From: Nitrososphaerota archaeon
GTDB lineage: Archaea > Thermoproteota > Nitrososphaeria_A > Caldarchaeales > Caldarchaeaceae
Direction: 5' to 3'
DNA: 64,000 nucleotides
Assembly: GCA_041641305.1 (NCBI GenBank)
Contig: JBEPYN010000002.1
Coordinates: forward strand, 160,001-224,000
Positions 49,001 through 57,042 of the stretch are shown here, one piece after another. The notes beneath the pieces are model-generated. The model was not told the origin of the DNA and did not search any database. It worked only from the letters and a program-made list of their open reading frames with translations. A program made the position numbers and the translations under genes. Numbering within the stretch: the stretch's first letter is position 1; the number at the start of each line of letters is the position of its first letter.

Positions 49001-49630
49001 AACTCAACCCCACTAAAACTAGTTATAGCATCATATACATTCGAGCTGGGCGGATACACACATATATTGGATTTTCTGAGAATCCCAACGTACAACGGAG
49101 CTCCACTACAAAAAACAATCGCGGCAATTAGCGAAAAAGCACACGAAATAACTAAAAAGATTAACGAGAAAAAGCACGACCTTACACATGAACTGAACGA
49201 AATAGAAGAACAGCTGGATAAAGCGGTTGCTGAGCTTTATGGTTTGTCTGATGTAGAGCTTGCGGATATTAAGCGGTTTTTCGCAATCCTCGCCGGCGAA
49301 GAAATCTCCGAGGAAGAGACCGTTGAAGAGGAGGAGGCGGAGCTGAGCATAACTTTCCCCAAAACCGTCCTAACACCCAACCAACCCGAAACAATAACCA
49401 TCCACATTACCAACCCCGACAGCCAACCCCTCACAATAACCCTCAACCTCCCAGACAACCAAACAACAACAATCACCACAAACAACCAAGAACACACAGA
49501 AGACATCCCCATAAACCCCCTCCCACCAGGCACATACACACTCACCTACACCATACAAACAAACAACCAAACAATCAAACAAGACACAGTAGAAATAACC
49601 GTCACACAGCCAAGGAGGTTCAGAACATAA
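46001..49630 (+). CDS. Type IIG-like fused restriction endonuclease / N6-adenine methyltransferase with TRD and C-terminal Ig-like tail
   Basis: N-terminal EEDVR...VDALYG..LIEYK nuclease motif; GEFYTP, LDPACGSGTF, GNPPW (gamma-class MTase); TRD with RGRDV..W and YYL.GVLNS; acidic linker then a beta-rich T/N/P domain. Confidence 0.9.
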   Translation: MMNVLDVDDILSGIRGAVSVAQSEEDVRLRVSGIIEEKILKLLGITQVGRYEYTLVSGVRVDALYGHVLIEYKAPGKLSSRSDVANAKEQLIRYVVEEAGVEDRYRNFLGVIISDRIAFLRYNPRAPGDKWVLRGPYDINRETVVKLVEALRGLQRKSLGVESLVRDFGPQSDVAKRMVKLLYERLRGSNSAKVRVLFEDWFRLFSQTTGYSAERLRELKELVDRYGFKGKVDYDSLLFCLHTYYAFVMKLLAAEIAYLYGSGKWLKSYVGELENAYLQGGVDSLRQVLRELEEGGVFTKLLNIVNFVEGDYFSWYLDVLDKDLGDAVAEVARRLSDYEPATPQLEPESARDLLKRLYESLIPRDVRHKLGEFYTPDWLAELVLDEVGLTVERFEELGAENSLRPLELRVLDPACGSGTFLVLYLRRLREYAEEHYMVDQLVDYVLRNVVGFDLNPLAVLAARTNYLLTIGDLLTHAKGTVEIPVYLADSIMVESKSDLRGQVYVLRSAAGVFEIPKAVVDGGFLSDVLNDVKMAVANRYTVGEFKGFVCSKYGFSDVDVDVLGKLFDVFLRLEKEGKNHVWVSIVRNAFAPILKGRFDYVVGNPPWVAWENLPAAYREVTSDIWGKYGLVSRGAGRFKRDLSMLFLVRCFDLYLRDGGVLGFLLPFTLFKTQAGAGFREFVAKWQVKKIHDLVTLYPFEGAVNRSAAIVVAKIREHAGQHAYPHVIWNTRDNRPVPPDSTFGDVFRMTDRHEALMAPLIENNPGSPWAQSTPLVMEAMRKILGRSEYRAYEGVLFALNQVYCVRILEKDKDGLLLITNPEESGQKKTVKTIHAKIEPDLVYPIIRGRDVKRWCVNYKGLYTIIPHKTDGQPISHHEMKKRFPKTWDYFYTFFNELINRKGGFLDQKMKPYRTLKLESAEKKTVPFYYVMNKVDAAFSPYKVVWKAIFGAITGKAVDFACSVVFTIKDTLLGERPVIPEHSLMLVPLKSKEEAYYLAGVLNSTPLKLVIASYTFELGGYTHILDFLRIPTYNGAPLQKTIAAISEKAHEITKKINEKKHDLTHELNEIEEQLDKAVAELYGLSDVELADIKRFFAILAGEEISEEETVEEEEAELSITFPKTVLTPNQPETITIHITNPDSQPLTITLNLPDNQTTTITTNNQEHTEDIPINPLPPGTYTLTYTIQTNNQTIKQDTVEITVTQPRRFRT

Positions 49631-51076
49631 ATGAGCTCCCACGACCTCTACAGAAAAATCCAAATCTTCCTCGGAGACCTCGCAACAAACAAACACCTCG
49701 CATCAACCAAAGAATACAACATGCTCCCCCGATACGTCGTCGAATACCTCGTCAGCGAATTCATAAAAACACACGGCCCAACAAACTACGCACCAAAACT
49801 ATCCGAATACATCGCAAACCACTACCGAGAAGCACGGGAAAAAGACAAAGTCCTCCACGAAACCATGAACGGAAACACAGTCCACCTCATAGACGAAATC
49901 AAAGTCGAAACAGACGTAACCATAGAAAACTACCGAACACACCTCATGAACCTAGGAATAAAAGACGCCATGATAGCCAAACCAGTAATAGACAGCTACG
50001 AAAACCTCCTCGTCACAGGGATGTGGGGAGAAGCAAAAATCCAATACAACCCCGAAATAGTTCCCCGCAACATAAAAGGCGAACCACTCCTCACGCCCAT
50101 AATCATCACAGAATTCAAACCATTCCAAAGCCCGGTAACAGACCCAACAATCCTAAAAGACGCAAGACAAGCATTCACCTTCGACGAATGGCTCGACACA
50201 CTCATAAACACCATAGGCCTCAACCACGAAAGATACAGCAAACGCCAAAAACTCATCCTACTCTCCCGCCTAACACCACTCGTCGAAAACAACACCCACA
50301 TAATAGAACTCGGCCCAAGAGCAACAGGCAAAACATACCTCTACAGAAACACAACATACTACACAAGAATATTCTCAGGAGGAAACATCTCCCCCGCAGT
50401 CCTCTTCTACCACATAGCAAGACGAAGCCTCGGAGAAATAGCCGTAAAAGACACAGTCATATTCGACGAAATAAGCAAAATCAAATTCAACAACCCCGAC
50501 GAAATGATGGGAAAACTCAAAGACTACATGGAAAGCGGCCACTACGAAAGAGGCCCCAAAAAAGCATACAGCACATGCTCCCTCGTATTCATGGGCAACA
50601 TAACAGTCGAAACAAGAGGAACAGCCTACGCACCCATAGAAGAATTCACATACGTCCTCCCAGAAGCCATGCGAGACAGCGCATTCATAGACAGACTCAA
50701 CGCCATAATCCCCGGCTGGGAACTCCCAAAAATAAGCCACTCAGCCCTCCACCTAAGCAGAGGATACGGAATAGCCAGCGACTACTACGCCGAAGCCCTC
50801 CACGAACTCCGCAAACAAAACTACCAACACATCATACAACAAGAAACACAGCTCATAGGCAACTACACAATAAGAGACGAAAAATCAGTCCTAAAAATAG
50901 CCAGCGCCCTCCTCAAACTCCTCACACCCAACGCCGACAGAGACGGAATAGCCCGCGACGAACTCAAACAAATAATGGACATAGCCGTAGAATACCGCAA
51001 CCAAGTAAGAGAATGGCTACGCATCCTCCAGCCCGGCGAATACCCCAAAGAAAAACTACACTACAAAACATCCTAA
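49631..51076 (+). CDS. brxL: BrxL-family MCM-like AAA+ ATPase lacking the Lon protease domain
   Basis: NLL..GMWG, EWLD.LI.TIG, ELGPRATGKTY.Y, FDEI, LKDYMESG.YERG, DSAFIDR....PGWE.PK, G.A.DY..E.LH; 481 aa with no Lon Ser-Lys domain. Confidence 0.85.
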   Translation: MSSHDLYRKIQIFLGDLATNKHLASTKEYNMLPRYVVEYLVSEFIKTHGPTNYAPKLSEYIANHYREAREKDKVLHETMNGNTVHLIDEIKVETDVTIENYRTHLMNLGIKDAMIAKPVIDSYENLLVTGMWGEAKIQYNPEIVPRNIKGEPLLTPIIITEFKPFQSPVTDPTILKDARQAFTFDEWLDTLINTIGLNHERYSKRQKLILLSRLTPLVENNTHIIELGPRATGKTYLYRNTTYYTRIFSGGNISPAVLFYHIARRSLGEIAVKDTVIFDEISKIKFNNPDEMMGKLKDYMESGHYERGPKKAYSTCSLVFMGNITVETRGTAYAPIEEFTYVLPEAMRDSAFIDRLNAIIPGWELPKISHSALHLSRGYGIASDYYAEALHELRKQNYQHIIQQETQLIGNYTIRDEKSVLKIASALLKLLTPNADRDGIARDELKQIMDIAVEYRNQVREWLRILQPGEYPKEKLHYKTS

Positions 51077-51419
51077 ACACCACCCCTAATCCTCAAATCA
51101 TCCCTCAACACGACGCCATGTTTCAAAGCCTCCACCCCAACGGGTTCCGCTTCTCCACAAGCCGTTTAAACTCCGAAACCGTAAGCGGAATGACTTGGAA
51201 TCCCGGCGGCGGGTCGAGGGTTTCCAGCCTTTTGAGCGGGTTGCCGCCGAAAACATCGGACACGAGGACTATGTCGACGTCGCTCCATAGGTTGAAATCT
51301 CCTCGGGCGTAGGAACCTACGAGAAACGCCGAAACCTCGAAGCCAAGCGACGAAACCCAGCTCCTCGCCAACTCAATCACAGCCTCCCGCCGCTCTCTCC
51401 GCCGCCTAACGATTTCCAA
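51073..51419 (-). pseudogene. Minimal nucleotidyltransferase (MNT) antitoxin with 3' frameshift
   Basis: GSYARGDFNLWSDVD motif; ORF ends NPLGWRL*, but a 1-nt shift in the G-run near 51136 restores VEALKHGVVLRDDLRIRGGV*. Confidence 0.72.
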
Positions 51420-51560
51420 ACCCTAACCACCCAGCCCAGTATCCTCTCCGCCCACATCATAGTCAGCGGGAACCCCCTCAAACCATGCATCAGGATAACA
51501 TGTGGGAACGTATAATTGTCAAGAGCCTTAGCCTCATCCAGCAAACCAGTCAAATCATTT
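51410..51560 (-). pseudogene. HEPN domain remnant (partner of the MNT)
   Basis: Fragments LLDEAKALD, YPDAWFEGVPADY and AERILGWV in shifting frames, directly upstream of the MNT. Confidence 0.6.
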
Positions 51561-51616
51561 GCGGAAGCCTGATATAAGCTTCAAAAATTTTTAAGACATT
51601 TCCCACCGTTCTAGGC

Positions 51617-52546
51617 ATGGGTTCCGTGGCAGTTGCAGTCGAGGGGCTTGTGAAGCGTTACGGTGAAGTGACCGCTGTTGACAGTGTTTCCTTCAAGGTG
51701 TATGGCGGCGAGATTTTTTCTCTTCTTGGCCCCAACGGCGCCGGAAAAACAACCACAGTCGAGATTCTCGAATGCCTGAGGACGCCGACAGCCGGCGACG
51801 CCTTCATCAAAGACCTTAGCGTGAAAAACCCTGACGACGTGAAAAAGATTAAGCAAATCATCGGCGTGCTTCCACAGGACTTCAACGCCGTCGACAACCT
51901 ATCCGTGCTGGAAAACGTCCAGCTCGCCGCAGTCGCGAAAAAAGCCGACAACATACGTGAGGTTCTCGAGCAGCTGGGGCTGTGGGAAATCAGGAACAGG
52001 ATGTTCTCGAAGCTATCGGGCGGATTGAAGAGACGAGTCGGCATAGCCATGGCATTGGTTGGAAATCCAGAGATAGTTTTCCTCGACGAACCAACCACAG
52101 GCTTCGACCCAGAGGCCCGACGCGAGACATGGCTCTACATAAAAAACATCAAAAAAACTGGGGCCACCGTTATTCTGACCACTCATTACATGGAGGAGGC
52201 GGAGAGGCTCAGCGACCATGTAGCCGTGATGGTCCGTGGGAAGATAGCGGTCGAGGGAAAGGTGCGTGAGCTTGTCGCCGAGCACGGGGGAAGAACACGT
52301 CTCATCTTCGACTTTCTCGAGCCGGAGGCCGCGCAACTTCTACAAGGAAACGGATACATGGTGGAGCAGGCCGCTGGGGGAAGGGTGGTTGTTAAGGTTG
52401 AGAAGGAATCGGATGTGTTTGATGTTGTGGCTCTGCTGAAAAGAAACGGGTTCAACGCGTATCCCGAGGTTAGGCAACCGGGGCTGGAGGATGTTTTTCT
52501 CTCGGTCATAGGCTCGAGGCTCTCGGAGACGGGTGAGCTGGTTTGA
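51617..52546 (+). CDS. ABC-2 type exporter ATP-binding subunit
   Basis: GPNGAGKTT, LSGG.KRR, FLDEPTTG, TTHYMEEAE, LEDVFL. Confidence 0.92.
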   Translation: MGSVAVAVEGLVKRYGEVTAVDSVSFKVYGGEIFSLLGPNGAGKTTTVEILECLRTPTAGDAFIKDLSVKNPDDVKKIKQIIGVLPQDFNAVDNLSVLENVQLAAVAKKADNIREVLEQLGLWEIRNRMFSKLSGGLKRRVGIAMALVGNPEIVFLDEPTTGFDPEARRETWLYIKNIKKTGATVILTTHYMEEAERLSDHVAVMVRGKIAVEGKVRELVAEHGGRTRLIFDFLEPEAAQLLQGNGYMVEQAAGGRVVVKVEKESDVFDVVALLKRNGFNAYPEVRQPGLEDVFLSVIGSRLSETGELV

Positions 52547-53787
52547 CCACGGTTCCAAAAATTGTTTACCTGTTGTTCAAATCTTGGATGAGGGATAAGG
52601 CAAGCCTCTTCTTCGGCTTCGCCCTGCCCATCATGTTTCTGCTCGTCTTCGGCACAATCTTCGGCGGGCCTACGCAGCCCAACTACAGCCTCTACATACG
52701 GAACCTTGACGTGGACCAGCAGGGCAACCCAGAGCCACTCGCCGACGCATTCATCCAAGCCCTGAACGCTAGCGGTGTCTTCGACATCAAGCTCCTCAAG
52801 CCTGAAGAACCCGCACCCAAACCCACAGGCTTCGCAGCAATACGAATACTCACGATACCGAAGGGGTTCACCGCATCACTTCTAAACAACACCATAGCAA
52901 CCCGGATAGAAATCACCGCCGACACTTTACAGAGATTGATAGAAATGGCCGGTGAAAACATATCCCCCGAAGCGCGGGCAAACATAACTCAAGGCTTCAA
53001 CGCGATGAACCAGGTAAAACAGTTCTTCAAAACAGAGAAAAAACCCATAATCCTCGAGGGAAGCCCCGACGACAAAATACTCCAACCAATAGAGGGCATA
53101 ATCAACACCGTAGCCGACAGGTTTGAGCTGGCTCTTCTCAACGCCTCCTCCACAATCGAGATAGACACAGTCTACAGTGAGGTAAGGCGGCTTAGCTCCG
53201 TGGACTATTACGTGCCGGGGTTGGTGGCGGCGTTTATCATGACCAACGGGTTGATCGGTGTCTCCTCTTTCACGTCTGAGCTGAGGCGAAACGGTGTGAT
53301 GAAGCTGCTTGCATCCACTCCTGTTTCACGGACTGCGTGGATGATTTCCATCATAACTGTGCAAACCATAGTAGCCCTCATCTTGACCGCTGTAATGATT
53401 GCCGTGGGCTTGGCTGTTTTCCGGCTGACAATAATCCCCGCCCCCTTCAGCATCATTATCATCTTGCTTGGCGCCTTTGCTTTCACAGGCTTCGGAACAT
53501 TTATTGGCGGAGTGTTGAAGACGCCTGACGCTGTGACGGCTCTCGGAAACTCTCTGGCTTTTCCCATGATGTTTCTCTCAGGCGCTTTCTGGCCCCTCGA
53601 GATAATGCCGGAGTTCATGCAGCAGATTGCACGGTTCACGCCTCTCTACTACTTCCACGTCGCGTTGCGGGAATCGCTGGTAATCGGCTCGGTCTCCACA
53701 GCTCTCCTGCCCACAGCAATATTGGCAGCACTGGCATGCGTCGGCATGGCTCTGGCCGCCTACGCGACCAAGTGGAAAGACTTCTAG
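52543..53787 (+). CDS. ABC-2 type exporter permease
   Basis: N-terminal TM, large extracellular loop, YYVPGL, FLSGAFWP...P.FMQ.IA...PL.Y. Confidence 0.9.
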   Translation: MTTVPKIVYLLFKSWMRDKASLFFGFALPIMFLLVFGTIFGGPTQPNYSLYIRNLDVDQQGNPEPLADAFIQALNASGVFDIKLLKPEEPAPKPTGFAAIRILTIPKGFTASLLNNTIATRIEITADTLQRLIEMAGENISPEARANITQGFNAMNQVKQFFKTEKKPIILEGSPDDKILQPIEGIINTVADRFELALLNASSTIEIDTVYSEVRRLSSVDYYVPGLVAAFIMTNGLIGVSSFTSELRRNGVMKLLASTPVSRTAWMISIITVQTIVALILTAVMIAVGLAVFRLTIIPAPFSIIIILLGAFAFTGFGTFIGGVLKTPDAVTALGNSLAFPMMFLSGAFWPLEIMPEFMQQIARFTPLYYFHVALRESLVIGSVSTALLPTAILAALACVGMALAAYATKWKDF

Positions 53788-54662
53788 CCAAACTCTTCGA
53801 CGAGAACAGGGACAACCCTGTCCCTCAGCACCTTGGCCGCATCAACCGGGTCGTCTCCTAGGGGATGGCCAAAGCAGATGTGTGATACCCCTGCTCTAAG
53901 AAGCTTGGCCGCCTTCTCCACGAGCGTGTCCACGTCACCGTAGATAGCCAGGTTTTCGGCCATCTTTTCTCCAGCGCCGGGTTCACTGGCCAGCAGGTCT
54001 CTGTATTCTATGCCCGCGGCGGCCAGCATGGGAGAATCGCCGACCAGCTCGGGAACATAGCTCCACAGCGCTTCGAGCAGTTTGTCGGTGTCTTCGCCTA
54101 TGTAGGTGAAGGGCCTCGCTATCAGGGGCAGGTTTCTTCGACCTGTTTCGTCGATTATGTTTCGGAGCTGCTGTGCGTATCTTGGGTTGGCTAGGTTGTC
54201 CACCACTATGCCTTTCACACAATCCAGCGTGGCGGCGGCCCTCACCAGCCGCGGCCCACTCGTCCCAACATAGACCTCAGGCTCCGAGGAAAATCTCCAA
54301 CTTATGCGGCTGTACTCGTCGACTATCATTCGCACCTTTTCAACCACTTCATTTATCGTGGCACGTTTCTCAGCCATGTAAGCTCCCCTCGAAACGCCGA
54401 GAACAGCTCCGGGGGCCAAGGTGTTCAGGTAGGCGAGGAACCGTGCGTTGACCACTGGATTGTATAGGTTGGCGGGAACGGTGACAGGGCCCACTCGGAT
54501 GTGTTTGAGATGGGGCGCGACTGCTGTGGAGAGGCTCCAAGCAGGTCTCCATGGAAGATGTTCATAGAAGTGTAGAGAGTAGAAATTGTCCCCGTCTATG
54601 GTCTTGGCTACGGCGAGACACGTATCAAAATCCTTGTCTCCCTCGAGAGCCACGCTGAACAA
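53784..54662 (-). CDS. Luciferase-like (LLM) flavin/F420-dependent oxidoreductase, Mer-like
   Basis: YEH, GP.TVP, LGVSRG, VYVGTSGP, CFGHPLG; start uncertain (TTG 54662). Confidence 0.7.
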   Translation of the reverse strand: MFSVALEGDKDFDTCLAVAKTIDGDNFYSLHFYEHLPWRPAWSLSTAVAPHLKHIRVGPVTVPANLYNPVVNARFLAYLNTLAPGAVLGVSRGAYMAEKRATINEVVEKVRMIVDEYSRISWRFSSEPEVYVGTSGPRLVRAAATLDCVKGIVVDNLANPRYAQQLRNIIDETGRRNLPLIARPFTYIGEDTDKLLEALWSYVPELVGDSPMLAAAGIEYRDLLASEPGAGEKMAENLAIYGDVDTLVEKAAKLLRAGVSHICFGHPLGDDPVDAAKVLRDRVVPVLVEEFG

Positions 54663-54728
54663 AGCCTTCTGGAGAAGTAAGGTCTGCGAAATACAAACAT
54701 TTACAAACGACAAGCACTGTAGAGGTTC

Positions 54729-55682
54729 ATGGAGTTCGTAGACGTGGTCGGCGCTGGGAGGATAGGCCATGGCATAGCTCTATGCGTTGCGATGCATGGT
54801 TTCAGGGTTAGGCTCAGGGATGTTAAGCAGCGAACGCCTGACGAGAGGGAGATGCTGCGAGAAAAAATTTTAAGCCAGATTAGGGAGAGCCTGAAACTCT
54901 TTGAGGAATGTGAATTTATTCACGAACCTGTTGACGAGGTGGTTAATCGGATAAATTTTGTCGGCGGATACGTTGGTCTCGAGGATGCTTTTCATGTTGT
55001 TGAGGCTGTTCCCGAAGACGCTGCCGTGAAGAAACAGGTTTATGGTCTGGTTTGTGAACGGCTTGGCAGCGATGCTTTACTGGCGTCGACGAGCAGCAGC
55101 ATGAGGCCATCAGCATTGGCAAAACACGTAAAACATCCGGAACGATTTCTCGTAACACATTGGATTAACCCCGCCGAGCTCATCCCCCTTGTCGAAGTCT
55201 CGCCATCTCCTCAAACATCACGGGAAACTGTGGAGGAGGCTGTCGAGTTTCTCCGTAGATGTGGCAAAAGGCCCGTGGTGTGCGGCGATAGCCCCGGCTA
55301 TGTCTCGGCTCGGCTGCAGGCTGCGTTGATGAATGAGGCTCTTAGGCTGGTTGAGGAGGGTGTGGCCTCACCGCGGGATGTTGATGAGGCGTTGATGGCT
55401 GGCATAGGGTTCAGGCTGTCGGTGCATGGGCTGCTTGAGTTCGTGGACTGGGGTGGCGTCGACATTCTCTACAAGGTTGACGAATATCTCGCCTCTGAGC
55501 TGAAAACAGAGCGTTTCAAACCACCAGCGCTGCTAAGGAAACTTGTCGAAGAAGGGCGTCTCGGCATGCATGTTGGGCGGGGAGTTTTCGACTATGAAGG
55601 CGTGAATGTTGAAAATCTAAAGCTGCGCCGCAAAAAAGCGATGGTTAAAAGATTGAAGCAGCTAAAGGATGAACAGGGTTGA
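54729..55682 (+). CDS. 3-hydroxyacyl-CoA dehydrogenase family protein
   Basis: GAGRIG.GIA, EAVPE...K, ASTSS, HW.NP..L.PLVE, PGY...RLQ. Confidence 0.88.
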   Translation: MEFVDVVGAGRIGHGIALCVAMHGFRVRLRDVKQRTPDEREMLREKILSQIRESLKLFEECEFIHEPVDEVVNRINFVGGYVGLEDAFHVVEAVPEDAAVKKQVYGLVCERLGSDALLASTSSSMRPSALAKHVKHPERFLVTHWINPAELIPLVEVSPSPQTSRETVEEAVEFLRRCGKRPVVCGDSPGYVSARLQAALMNEALRLVEEGVASPRDVDEALMAGIGFRLSVHGLLEFVDWGGVDILYKVDEYLASELKTERFKPPALLRKLVEEGRLGMHVGRGVFDYEGVNVENLKLRRKKAMVKRLKQLKDEQG

Positions 55683-57040
55683 AGACTAAGATAGCTTGTA
55701 CACTGGGGCCTTCGCTTCGAGAGGTTACGGATATAGAGAAAGCCATATCACTCGGTTGCCGTATCTACCGCATAAACTTTAGCCACGGAAACTCTGCTCT
55801 CTGGCGACAGTTGGCAGAAAACGCACGCGAGGCCGCGGAAAAACATGGTGAGGAAATTGTGTTGATAGGTGATTTACGCGGGCCCTCTATCAGGGTTTCA
55901 GGTTTCGAGAAAAGCATCATTCTCCGCGTAGGTGAGAGAACAAAGTTTTCTCTGGACGGGCCGCTCAGCCTCCCTTATCCACGTTTCTTCCAAACAGTTG
56001 ACATAGGCGACACACTCGTCTTCGACGACGGCCGAGGCATGCTCAAGGTTGTCGCAAAAGATGAAACATCCATCGAGGCCGAAGCCATCAGACCGGCCAC
56101 AATTTCTCCCAACAAATCCATAGTCATTAGGGGAAAGGAGGTTCAGGTGTCTGATTATCTGGAGACATGTAGAGAACAGCTTGAGGATGCTGCTGACATG
56201 AGGCTCGACTATGTTGGTTTGAGTTTCGTGACGAAAGCTGCTGATGTCGATGCGGTGAAAACGTTTCTGCTTGAGAAGGGTGTGGCGACGGGTGTGATAG
56301 CTAAGATTGAGACACCTTCAGGTGTGAAAAATGTTGATGAAATAAGTGAGAGAAGCGACGCTGTGTTGATTGCGCGGGGGGACCTCGGTATGCATTTTCA
56401 TCTCGAGTATGTGCCACGTCTCCAGAAAACAATCATCGACGCGGCCTATTATGCATGTAAACCAGTCATAGTCGCCACCCAGCTTCTCGGCTCCATGGTG
56501 AACGAGCCTGTTCCATCGCGGAGCGAAATCGTTGACGTGATGACTTGTGTGGAGGATGGGGTGGATGTGTTGATGCTTACCGCGGAGACAGCCGTGGGCC
56601 ATTATCCGCTTGAGTCTATACAGTGGCTGGCAAACATCGCGGAAACCTATGAGAAGGGGATTGAGCCGAGGCGAACTCTATCACCCGACGCCGACGTGGT
56701 TGACCGGTTTGCATTAGCCGTCGTACACCTCGCCGAATCACTGGCTGCGAAGATAGCGATTTTCACGATGAACGGAAACATGGCGCGGCGCATAGCGCGT
56801 TTCAAGCCCGTGTCCGGAATAATTGCGGCGACGCCTAACAAGGATGTGGTTCCGCGGTTGATGCTGCTGTGGGGGGTTACACCGCTTGTTTTGGAGGCTC
56901 AGAGCTATGCGGAGGGGTTGGAGCTGTTGGAGAAGAAACTGGAGGAGGAGAAGCTGGCCGAGCCGGGAGACACCTACGTGCTTACCTACGGGTTAGTGAA
57001 AGAGCCTGTTCACATAGTCAAGATGAAAAAATTCACGTAA
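55679..57040 (+). CDS. pyk: Pyruvate kinase
   Basis: TKIACTLGPS, RINFSHG, AKIET, IARGDLG, ATQLL.SM, ETAVG.YP. Confidence 0.95.
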   Translation: MKTKIACTLGPSLREVTDIEKAISLGCRIYRINFSHGNSALWRQLAENAREAAEKHGEEIVLIGDLRGPSIRVSGFEKSIILRVGERTKFSLDGPLSLPYPRFFQTVDIGDTLVFDDGRGMLKVVAKDETSIEAEAIRPATISPNKSIVIRGKEVQVSDYLETCREQLEDAADMRLDYVGLSFVTKAADVDAVKTFLLEKGVATGVIAKIETPSGVKNVDEISERSDAVLIARGDLGMHFHLEYVPRLQKTIIDAAYYACKPVIVATQLLGSMVNEPVPSRSEIVDVMTCVEDGVDVLMLTAETAVGHYPLESIQWLANIAETYEKGIEPRRTLSPDADVVDRFALAVVHLAESLAAKIAIFTMNGNMARRIARFKPVSGIIAATPNKDVVPRLMLLWGVTPLVLEAQSYAEGLELLEKKLEEEKLAEPGDTYVLTYGLVKEPVHIVKMKKFT

Positions 57041-57042
57041 GG

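Noticed and set aside
46001-51076. Classifying the locus as a canonical BREX type
   Set aside because: The defining pglZ and brxC genes are absent from the window, and the methyltransferase carries its own nuclease motif.
50023-51312. 429-aa alternative-frame ORF over brxL (likewise 45938-46726 on the minus strand)
   Set aside because: Low-complexity R/P/H/Q/N sequence; stops are absent only because the strand is depleted of T and G.
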